The notes beneath the pieces were generated by a model, which made no database searches, had not been told where the DNA came from, and was given only the letters and a program-made list of their open reading frames with translations. Shown one piece after another: positions 37,964 to 45,784 of a DNA stretch of 64,000 bases (position 1 is the stretch's first letter; every line of letters begins with the position of its first letter). Source of the DNA: Candidatus Micrarchaeota archaeon (GTDB lineage: Archaea > Micrarchaeota > Micrarchaeia > Anstonellales > Bilamarchaeaceae); the NCBI GenBank assembly GCA_043821365.1, contig JBDRCX010000006.1, positions 512,001 through 576,000 of the forward strand, given 5' to 3'. A program made the translations under genes and the position numbers.

Positions 37964-38221
37964 TCACATATGGTATTTTTTCTTTATCTCCTCAAAGCTT
38001 TTGGTTTTGATTTTACCAGATCTAATTTTTTCCATTTCAGATTCTATGCCTTTATTGACTAGATAAACCTCTTCCTCGCTTATGGCTCTGTCATATGCAA
38101 GTAATGCTTGACGAATCACCTCAGTCTGACTACCGGCATATCCTTTATTTATCAATTTTTTGATAATTATCTCGTATGGCTCTCCCAATATAATATTCAT
38201 ATCCACACCATAAACATTCAA
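37964..38221 (-). CDS. Ribbon-helix-helix antitoxin
   Basis: LINKGYAGSQTEVIRQAL RHH pattern; C-terminal ..SFEEIKKKY; 4 nt upstream of the toxin. Confidence 0.75.
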   Translation of the reverse strand: MNVYGVDMNIILGEPYEIIIKKLINKGYAGSQTEVIRQALLAYDRAISEEEVYLVNKGIESEMEKIRSGKIKTKSFEEIKKKYHM

Positions 38222-38262
38222 TGCACATTAGAGTTTATAAAGGATGTGTATTCACTGGTCAT

Positions 38263-39567
38263 TCAATGATCATTAAATAAATAACTTCCACAAAATTTCA
38301 AAAATTCATTTAGTTTTTCTTTTGGTATTGATGCACCTGCAGCAATTTTATGCCCACCACCAATACCACTAATTTCTAGAGTAGCTTTTTTCATCAAATC
38401 TCCAAGATTTAATCCATTTTCAACTAAAATTTTCGATCCTCTTCCAGAAACTTTTACTGTGTTATTGTCTCCAAGTGCAATTCCAATTATTGGTGTTGAC
38501 CATTTTTGCTGAAATGCCATCCCACAAACAGTTCCTATTATGCCCTCATCAATTTTTCCTCTTCCATCAAGAAAATGAAATGCACCAAAATTCTGAATGT
38601 TACCATGTGCATATTCAATTCCGCTTCTAAGCATTCTTCTATGGTGTTGTAGTAGTGCCTTTGCTTCTGCATATGCATCATGATCTCCTAAACAAACCCG
38701 TACTCCTATGTCTGGTTGGGAATGTCTGCCACATGCATTCAAAATTGTACTGAATTCGTTTGCTTCATATGTTTCATCTTTTGGTCGATTTGGAAAAATG
38801 TAACTTTCACCAACAAGTTCATTTACTTTTTTCAACTGCCCATAGTTTATCAGAATTTTTGCAAGTGCACTTATCAAATTTTTCCTTTCATTATTATTTA
38901 GATCAACATATTTCTTCCCTTCATGTTCAATTTTAAGTTCATTCAAAAGTTCAATTGCCTTATCTTCTCTATATGAAATTCCAGGTATGTAGGGGTCATC
39001 ACAGTAAGATAAAAACTGCACTAATTGTCTGCAGTATCTCCCATAAAATCTTATATCTTCTTCAATTGTAATTTCGCCTTTCTTTTTTCCATCTTCCAAA
39101 ACCCACCTATTCATACCAGAAAGCGGAGATTGCATATCACCGACTGCTCCAACAACTGCAACATCTGCCATCTCTCTAAAAACACAATAGGCAGTGGTTG
39201 CTGCACTTAATTCTGTGCCACCATCTATACCATATAATACTGGGTTAATCTGGACTTTTTCTATGCCTTCTGTTTGGTGATGGTCAATAACAATGACATC
39301 TTTCAATTCATTCACTCTTTTATTCCCGCCTCCAAGATCTACAAAAATTATTTCTTGTTCTTGTGAATAGCGCTCGATGGCAGCATCATCTAGTTTTTTT
39401 ATTGCCTCTCTTCTGAATTTTTGATTATTTTTCAAAAATGCTTTTGCAACTATTGCACCTGAACTTAATCCATCTGCATCATAGTGGTGAACAATGATCG
39501 GATCTTTGAATGAAAGAGCCAGTTTTCTAGCTTCTTCACATTTTTCTAAAAATTCAGGATGTTCCAT
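38263..39567 (-). CDS. RecJ-like DHH/DHHA1 phosphoesterase (GAN/HAN-related)
   Basis: HHYDADG, FVDLG, IDHH, VGAVGDMQ, GGGHKIAAGA. Confidence 0.92.
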   Translation of the reverse strand: MEHPEFLEKCEEARKLALSFKDPIIVHHYDADGLSSGAIVAKAFLKNNQKFRREAIKKLDDAAIERYSQEQEIIFVDLGGGNKRVNELKDVIVIDHHQTEGIEKVQINPVLYGIDGGTELSAATTAYCVFREMADVAVVGAVGDMQSPLSGMNRWVLEDGKKKGEITIEEDIRFYGRYCRQLVQFLSYCDDPYIPGISYREDKAIELLNELKIEHEGKKYVDLNNNERKNLISALAKILINYGQLKKVNELVGESYIFPNRPKDETYEANEFSTILNACGRHSQPDIGVRVCLGDHDAYAEAKALLQHHRRMLRSGIEYAHGNIQNFGAFHFLDGRGKIDEGIIGTVCGMAFQQKWSTPIIGIALGDNNTVKVSGRGSKILVENGLNLGDLMKKATLEISGIGGGHKIAAGASIPKEKLNEFLKFCGSYLFNDH

Positions 39568-39621
39568 ACCTACTTTCTTGCAAGTGTCTAATTTAAAATA
39601 AATTTCATTTATCATCCATCC

Positions 39622-40140
39622 ATGATCCAAAATATTTTGTTGAATTTGATATTGGCTATAGTGAAAGTTATTGCCGGAATAACGTTGTCTATAAATGCTG
39701 CCTACATGGGTATGTCTCTTCTTGACAAAATCACTGCATCAATAGATGAATGGAAAGAAATCAAAAAAGGAAATACTGCAGTTGGTATTCTTTATGCTGG
39801 TGCCATACTTTCGGTAATAATACTCGCAGAGCCTCAAATTTATGATTTTGTAAATGCAATACAACTTGATTTTGGAGCACAATATCTTTTGGGAAGTCTT
39901 GCATTTGGACTTGCCAACTACCTTGTTTCAGTTCTTCTAGGAATAATAGTAGTCTATCTTTCTATTCATGCAATTGATAGACTTTCAGGAGATCTTGAAG
40001 AACTCAAAGAACTAAAAAAGGGCAATGTTGCAATTGCAGTAATCATGGCAGTCATACTAGTTGCAATTGCATTTTCACTAAGAGCACCATTTGAATCAAT
40101 ATTTGAAACAATAAAGTCAATGGAGTCGTTAATTCTATGA
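39622..40140 (+). CDS. DUF350-like membrane protein (internal duplication)
   Basis: Repeated EWKEIKKGNTAVGI / ELKELKKGNVAIAV with TM helices. Confidence 0.75.
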   Translation: MIQNILLNLILAIVKVIAGITLSINAAYMGMSLLDKITASIDEWKEIKKGNTAVGILYAGAILSVIILAEPQIYDFVNAIQLDFGAQYLLGSLAFGLANYLVSVLLGIIVVYLSIHAIDRLSGDLEELKELKKGNVAIAVIMAVILVAIAFSLRAPFESIFETIKSMESLIL

Positions 40141-41576
40141 AAATTCAAAAGTCAAATTTTTCTGAATGGTATAATACCATAATCAAAGAAGCACAACTTT
40201 GTGATCTGCGCTATGGCATCAAAGGCTTTGTAGTGTTCATGCCTTGGGCAGTCATGTCAATGAATAGAATGTATTCCATGTATGAAACTGCATTGGAATC
40301 CCGTGATCATGTGCCTGCTCTTTTTCCTGCACTAATTCCAGAACAATATTTTACTCGAGAAAGTGAACATGTGAAAGGTTTTATACCAGAAGTATTTTGG
40401 GTTACTGAAGCAGGCGGAAGTAAAACTGAAGAAAAGTATGCAATGCGACCAACTTCAGAAACTGCAATGTATACCATGTATGCTTTGTGGATTCATGGCA
40501 AAACTGATCTCCCACTAAAATTATATCAAAGATGTCAAGTCTGGAGACACGAAACCAAAGCAACCAAACCATTTATTCGTTCAAGAGAATTCCATTGGAT
40601 AGAAGCACACAATTGTTTTGCAACACGTGAAGAAGCAATGGCACAAGTTAGGGAAGATATGGGAGTTGCAGAAGAGGTTATTCATAATCAATTTGGTGTT
40701 CCATTTTTGTTTTTCAAAAGACCACAGTGGGACAAATTTGCAGGTGCTGAAGATACTTATGCAGCAGATACTTTGATGCCAGATGGCCGTGCGTTGCAGT
40801 TGCCATCAACACACATGCTTGGTCAGCATTTTTCAAAAGCATTTGGAATAAAATATGCAGATGAAAAAGGAATTGATCAGTATGTTTGGCAAACATGTTA
40901 TGGTCCGTGTATTTCGCGAATTTATGCTGCAGTAATTGCAACTCATGGTGATGATAAAGGACTTGTACTTCCAATTAGGTTAGCCCCTGTTCAAGTTGTA
41001 ATCATTCCAATTATCAAAGAAGGAACAAGTGAAGTTATAATGGCAAAATGTCATGAAGTGAAAAATAAAATTGAATGTTGTTTTGTTGTTAAAATTGATG
41101 ATTCTGAAAAAACACCTGGATTCAAATTTAATGAATGGGAAATGAAAGGAGTTCCATTGCGTATAGAAATTGGAATGCGTGATCTTGAATCAGAAAGTGT
41201 TGTTGTTGTGCGGAGAGATAGTGGTGAAAAACAATCTGTAAAAATAGAAGAACTTGAAGAAACTCTGCACAAACTTGCTGAATCTATGGAAATAAATCTG
41301 AGAGAAAAATCAGACAAATTCTTTTCTGATAAACTTTCATCTGCTGCAACATTGGAAGAGCTTGGTAAGAAATTAGAAAGTGGCCATGGTTTTGTTCGTG
41401 TGCCATTTTGTTCTGATCAAATGTCTGCAGAAAGCTGTGCTAACATTGTGAAAGATAAATGCCAGGCAAATGTCAGGGGATCACTTTTTGGTTCTGATGA
41501 AAAACCAGAAAAAGAAAAATGTCTTGGTTGCGGTGCCCCCGCAACAATTTATCTTTATGTTGCAAGACAATATTAA
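40137..41576 (+). CDS. proS: Prolyl-tRNA synthetase (archaeal/eukaryotic type)
   Basis: MRPTSET, WRHETKATKPFIRSREFHW, DKFAGA, anticodon-binding domain, C-terminal zinc domain. Confidence 0.97.
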   Translation: MKIQKSNFSEWYNTIIKEAQLCDLRYGIKGFVVFMPWAVMSMNRMYSMYETALESRDHVPALFPALIPEQYFTRESEHVKGFIPEVFWVTEAGGSKTEEKYAMRPTSETAMYTMYALWIHGKTDLPLKLYQRCQVWRHETKATKPFIRSREFHWIEAHNCFATREEAMAQVREDMGVAEEVIHNQFGVPFLFFKRPQWDKFAGAEDTYAADTLMPDGRALQLPSTHMLGQHFSKAFGIKYADEKGIDQYVWQTCYGPCISRIYAAVIATHGDDKGLVLPIRLAPVQVVIIPIIKEGTSEVIMAKCHEVKNKIECCFVVKIDDSEKTPGFKFNEWEMKGVPLRIEIGMRDLESESVVVVRRDSGEKQSVKIEELEETLHKLAESMEINLREKSDKFFSDKLSSAATLEELGKKLESGHGFVRVPFCSDQMSAESCANIVKDKCQANVRGSLFGSDEKPEKEKCLGCGAPATIYLYVARQY

Positions 41577-41594
41577 TTTTTTTATTTAAAAAAG

Positions 41595-41667
41595 TAGCCC
41601 CGAGCGGATTCGAACCGCTGTCAATGGATCCAAAGTCCACTATCCTTGACCGCTAGACGACGGGGCT
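41595..41667 (-). tRNA. tRNA-Gln(UUG), no intron, CCA not encoded
   Basis: AGCCCCG/CGGGGCT acceptor stem, GTGGA-CT TTG GA-TCCAT anticodon arm, GGTTCGAATCC T-arm. Confidence 0.96.
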
Positions 41668-41733
41668 AGTTAAATCTTAATCGCTTTGTTATGCAAAATG
41701 ATTATTACAAAGCACAGAACAGATTTTAATTGA

Positions 41734-42152
41734 TATAGGCTCGAGAAATCCGCAGCAGTAACCGCAGAAGAACATGGCAAAGGAGTTTCTGATGCAGGAT
41801 GGAAAATATTCACGAATATCCTAAGCTACAAAGCGGCAGAAGCTGGTTGTGAAGTAATATTTGTGAATCCAAAAAATACGTCTAAAGTTTGCAACAGGTG
41901 TGGTTCATCTGTGCCAAAGAGGCTATGGGAAAGACAACATATTTGTCCTTCATGTGGTTTGAGCATGGATAGAGACCTCAATGCTGCGATAAATATACTC
42001 GAAAAAGCTACTGTTGGAATGGCAGGAAGTAACGCTTGTGTTGGAGAGCAACGCTCTTCGACAGCTAAAGGTTCAAAGCCTTTAGATGGAGATGTTTCAA
42101 AAGAAACGTCAATGAAGCAGGAAGCTCACATCCCTAGATGTGGGTAGTTCAC
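41734..42152 (+). mobile_element. tnpB: IS200/IS605-family remnant: 3' fragment of tnpB plus intact right end
   Basis: SDAGWKIFTNILSYKA...VNPKNTSKVCNRCG...CPSCG.SMDRDLNAAINI. In-frame stop at 41731-41733 and no N-terminal or RuvC-I region. Subterminal hairpin CTCACATC-ccta-GATGTGGG, then TAGTTCAC end. Confidence 0.88.
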
Positions 42153-42172
42153 GAAGATTATAAAAAGCCTTT
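41990..42172 (+). ncRNA. Candidate TnpB omegaRNA (scaffold to 42152, then guide); 5' boundary approximate
   Basis: Inferred from the known overlap of omegaRNA with the tnpB 3' end and transposon right end. Confidence 0.4.
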
Positions 42173-42192
42173 CACAATCATAAGAAACACAT

Positions 42193-42433
42193 GGGCTCGT
42201 AGTCGAATGGTTATGACGTCCGCCTCACAGAAACTTTTTGGAAAAAAGTTTCACAAAAACCCGTTCAAAAAGTTTTGGGAGCGCGGAAGATTCGCGGTTC
42301 GATCGTTCTTTTTTAGTAAAACATTCGTGAACGTATTGCGTTCACGGTGCCCCATAAAAACGAATTCTCGTTTTTATAGGGAAGAACCAAAAAACTAGTT
42401 CCTAAAAAGCGCACGAAAATCCGCGCGGGCCCA
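42193..42433 (+). tRNA. tRNA-Val(CAC) with two introns: 42230-42281 (37/38, 52 nt) and 42304-42419 (59/60, 116 nt)
   Basis: Spliced product GGGCTCGTAGTCGAATGGTTATGACGTCCGCCTCACACGCGGAAGATTCGCGGTTCGATTCCGCGCGGGCCCA folds as a full cloverleaf. BHB central helices CUCA/UGGG and UUCG/CGAA. TTATAAAA box about 30 nt upstream. Confidence 0.93.
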
Positions 42434-42567
42434 TTTTTTCATTTTAGTTTAAGTAATACTCAGGATAAAATGGAAGCTAAGTGAAATCTCAATTTCACAA
42501 TTTTTGCTAATATAAGATTCTTGTGGAGCAGGAGAATGTTTTAATTTCTTAACTTTGTTGTGCTATT

Positions 42568-43590
42568 ATGGCAAAAGCTAAAAAGAAAAAACATTTATCA
42601 AAAAAACATACAAAAAAATCTCCAAAAGTAAAACATAAAAAATCTCATAAAACTGTCAAAAAATCAAAACACACTATAAAAAAGAAAAAACAACACAAAA
42701 CAAAAAAATCAATTAAGAAACCAAAAAAAATTGTTATAAAACCAATTAAATTCAAAAAATCAAAACAACCAACTGAAATTGTAATGCAGCCTATTGTATT
42801 GAAAGTAGTGTTGCCAAAAGAAATTTGCGATAGTTATCAAGAATTCGTTCCTAATCTAAGTAAATTGCCTCCATGGGAAAGCAGGCAGGCATTGAAAAAT
42901 TTTATTTTTAGTAAGAATCTAAAATTCTATTGCGTAAGTCGTGCATCGCCTGATTTCCAAACTGTGATGGGATTTTTTAACGAGTCTCCATATCAAGATG
43001 TTTCTGGACATTTTGTTATTTGTGTAAAAAGTTCAAGCAAAATTGTTGGTGCTTTGGATGGTTACATTGTTGATAATGTTCTTGTTCTTGGGAATAGTTA
43101 TGTAAAATCAGATAAAAGGATTTTACATTTGCTTTTGTATGCTGCTGCATTGACAAGAAGAGAATCAAATTATGTCGTATGTTCAACAAGAGTTGACAAA
43201 CCTTCTATTGATTTTGTTGGTATGCTTAATCTTCTCGGCAGAGGATTTGGGATGTATGCTGTCCCCTATCTTAAATCAACTTTTGTTTTTGTCAGAAGAA
43301 TAAAAAAAGAAGGTCCTGTTACCAATGGGCAGGAAATTGCACATATCCTACGATCATTAAGACTTTCTGGGGATCATGAAATCCGTTCTGCAGTTTTTGA
43401 ATTTAACAAAAGAAGTCTTGTTTCTTTGATACCTTTGCCAATGTCATTAGATAGAAAGGAAAATCTCTATGAACTAAAAGACAGCGGATCTTCACTTGGC
43501 TTTTCTACTGAGTCTTTAGATAGGTTGATTGGGTTGCTTAAACAATCAAAACTCAGTTACAAAGATCTAACTCCCGAGACTCTTTTCTAA
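42568..43590 (+). CDS. Hypothetical protein: Lys/His-rich N-terminal tail plus GNAT-like domain
   Basis: About 70-aa histone-H1-like tail; FVICVKSSSKIVGALDGY...LGNSYV pattern. Confidence 0.65.
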   Translation: MAKAKKKKHLSKKHTKKSPKVKHKKSHKTVKKSKHTIKKKKQHKTKKSIKKPKKIVIKPIKFKKSKQPTEIVMQPIVLKVVLPKEICDSYQEFVPNLSKLPPWESRQALKNFIFSKNLKFYCVSRASPDFQTVMGFFNESPYQDVSGHFVICVKSSSKIVGALDGYIVDNVLVLGNSYVKSDKRILHLLLYAAALTRRESNYVVCSTRVDKPSIDFVGMLNLLGRGFGMYAVPYLKSTFVFVRRIKKEGPVTNGQEIAHILRSLRLSGDHEIRSAVFEFNKRSLVSLIPLPMSLDRKENLYELKDSGSSLGFSTESLDRLIGLLKQSKLSYKDLTPETLF

Positions 43591-43632
43591 AAAACAAATA
43601 GTTAATTAATATCTTCCTAACCTCTTACATTT

Positions 43633-44493
43633 ATGTTTCGAATTGTTTTTCTTGGAACTTCTGCCAGTGCTCCAACTGTAGAAAGGGGCATGCCTTCAAT
43701 TGCAATAAAATATGAAAGCGAACTTATTCTTTGGGATTGTGGTGAGGGAACACAAAGACAGCTTATGAAATACAAAGTTGGCTATGGGAGCATTGACCAT
43801 ATTATGATCTCCCATCCGCATCTTGATCATTATCTTGGTTTATTTGGTTTATTGGAAACATTGAGATTATCTTCTCCGGCTCCCCGTCCAGTTAATTTAT
43901 TTGTTCCAAAACAACTTGATCTTCAAGATTATAAATTTGCAAAACTTTCAAAATTAAAAAATGGATTAATATATCGCGGAAAAAATTTTACAATAAGTGC
44001 ATTTCCAGTCAAGCATACTAAAAATTCATTTGGTTTAGTTTTCCAAGAAGATGATAAAATAAAATTTCACGAGGAAAAAGCACATTCATTGGGAGTTCAT
44101 GGAAAATTATTCAAAGAAATTCAGAAGAAAGGAAAAATCAAAACTGACAAAGGCGAAATAAAATTACAAGACATTACATGGAAAAATCCAGGGAAGAAAA
44201 TTGTTTACAGTGGCGATTGTTCATTCGATGATAATGTTCTTGAAGCAGCACGTGGTGCAGATATTCTAATTCACGAGGCAACATTTGATTCGTCGAAAAA
44301 ACAAGAAGCAACAGAAAGATCTCATAGCACTGCAGAGGATGCAGCAATGGTTGCAAAGAAAGCAAAAGTAAAACAACTAATTCTGACTCACATCAGTCCT
44401 AGGTATTCTAATAGTAATATATTACTAGAGCAGGCAAAGGCAATATTTGAAAATACGACGGTAGCCAAGGATGGATTTACTGTGGATTTGTAA
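43633..44493 (+). CDS. rnz: Ribonuclease Z
   Basis: FLGTSASAPT, DCGEGTQRQ, SHPHLDH, YSGD, HEATF, HST, LTHISPRY. Confidence 0.95.
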   Translation: MFRIVFLGTSASAPTVERGMPSIAIKYESELILWDCGEGTQRQLMKYKVGYGSIDHIMISHPHLDHYLGLFGLLETLRLSSPAPRPVNLFVPKQLDLQDYKFAKLSKLKNGLIYRGKNFTISAFPVKHTKNSFGLVFQEDDKIKFHEEKAHSLGVHGKLFKEIQKKGKIKTDKGEIKLQDITWKNPGKKIVYSGDCSFDDNVLEAARGADILIHEATFDSSKKQEATERSHSTAEDAAMVAKKAKVKQLILTHISPRYSNSNILLEQAKAIFENTTVAKDGFTVDL

Positions 44494-44542
44494 TTTTACT
44501 TCAACTCATCTATTTTTATATTATATTCATTTAATTGAATTC

Positions 44543-45106
44543 ATGTTCAAAAAATTGAATTTGTTTTCAAAAACTGAAATTAAACTCCTTTCTTTTATCT
44601 CATTCCAGGACAGGGAATTATATGAACGTGAAATTGCAATTGGGGCAAAGATAAGTGTTGGGTCGGTAAATTCAATTCTAAAAAAATTAAGTTCTCTAGG
44701 TCTTGTGATCAAATCAAAAAAAGGGAAAATGCTTTTTTACAGGAGGAATGATTCAAACCCAGTTTTACGTCAATTCAAAATTTTTGTAAATGTGTCGCTC
44801 TTATTTCCGTTGGTAAAAAAATTAGTACCAATATCAAAGAGAATAGTGCTTTTCGGCAGCTGTGCAGAAGGTAGGAATGGTGAAACCAGCGATATTGATC
44901 TATTTATTCTTACTTCTGAAAAAGACAGGGTGAAAAAAATACTTAGAACATATAATGAAATTCAAGGGATAGTTATGAATTCAGTTGAATATTCAAATTT
45001 ACGAGATAAAGATAGGGTTTTTTATGATAATATAAACAAAGGAATAGAATTGGGGGATGAAATATGGATGAGCGATTTAGGAGATGTATCGAAGAAAGGA
45101 AGTTAG
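44543..45106 (+). CDS. wHTH plus minimal nucleotidyltransferase (MNT) antitoxin-like protein
   Basis: HTH (YEREIA...SVGSVN..LKKL); FGS-x10-DIDL. Start placed at ATG 44543. Confidence 0.85.
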   Translation: MFKKLNLFSKTEIKLLSFISFQDRELYEREIAIGAKISVGSVNSILKKLSSLGLVIKSKKGKMLFYRRNDSNPVLRQFKIFVNVSLLFPLVKKLVPISKRIVLFGSCAEGRNGETSDIDLFILTSEKDRVKKILRTYNEIQGIVMNSVEYSNLRDKDRVFYDNINKGIELGDEIWMSDLGDVSKKGS

Positions 45107-45480
45107 TAAAAATTAGAATTGAAAAGGAACTAGTTGTTAAGGAACTTAAAGCAGCCGAAGAGGATTTGATCAGTGCAGAAAATTCCATCAGGAAAGGGGA
45201 TTACAAATGGGCCACTATTCAATCCTATTATTCCATGTTCCATACTGCACGTTCTCTTGTTCTTAGTCGTGGTTATCGTGAAAAAAGCCATCTTTGTTTA
45301 TCAGTTGCCTTGAGAAATCTTTTTGCAAACAGGTTGGAAGAAAAATATTTTAACAATCTGAGGGACTGCATGGCACTTCGAGAAGATGCTGATTATGGTT
45401 TAATTTATTCAGAGCTCTCGTCTAAACAGGCGTTGACATGGGCAAGGGATTTTATCCATGTAGCTCGCCTTTTAATATAA
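45064..45480 (+). CDS. HEPN-domain protein (UPF0332-like)
   Basis: WATIQSYYSMFH.AR.L, KSH, R-x4-Y (REDADY); overlaps the MNT gene. Confidence 0.85.
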   Translation: MDERFRRCIEERKLVKIRIEKELVVKELKAAEEDLISAENSIRKGDYKWATIQSYYSMFHTARSLVLSRGYREKSHLCLSVALRNLFANRLEEKYFNNLRDCMALREDADYGLIYSELSSKQALTWARDFIHVARLLI

Positions 45481-45612
45481 TAGTAATAATATACTCTCGA
45501 CATCATCACTATCTATAAACCCCGTAAACGTACGGGAGACGTATGTATACTGCGTCTATTGTCTAAATTAAAACTGCAGTTTATAAACTGGAGTTTATGT
45601 TTGAGGCCAATG

Positions 45613-45620
45613 TTTATAAA
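45613..45620 (+). promoter_or_regulatory. TATA box candidate for the S-layer gene
   Basis: TTTATAAA about 165 nt upstream of the ATG; further TATA-like boxes near 45513 and 45581. Confidence 0.5.
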
Positions 45621-45635
45621 GATTTTGAAAGACAG

Positions 45636-45780
45636 TCTCTCAAAGAGATAGGGTAGCCCCTATCCTGGAACTCAGGGGAGAATCTCTTCTGAGCTTTGTG
45701 GGCCGCGCAGGGAAAAAAAACACCGCCGTTAATTGTTTTAGGCGGCCCTATAGTTGGGCGGTGAAAAAAAATTGAGGTGA
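45636..45780 (+). promoter_or_regulatory. Structured GC-rich 5' leader of the S-layer gene, ending in a GAGGTGA SD
   Basis: Hairpins GATAGGG/CCCTATC and CTCAG/CTGAG; interleaved stems GGGCCGC/GCGGCCC and CACCGCC/GGCGGTG. Confidence 0.6.
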
Positions 45781-45784
45781 AAAA

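Noticed and set aside
42138-42398. 86-aa ORF
   Set aside because: Overlaps the IS right end and the intron-containing tRNA-Val, which explain the sequence.
45600-45780. SRP RNA or RNase P RNA
   Set aside because: Lacks the SRP helix-8 (GCCAGG..GGAA..AGCA) and RNase P (GAGGAAAGUCC) signatures and is too short; treated as an mRNA leader.
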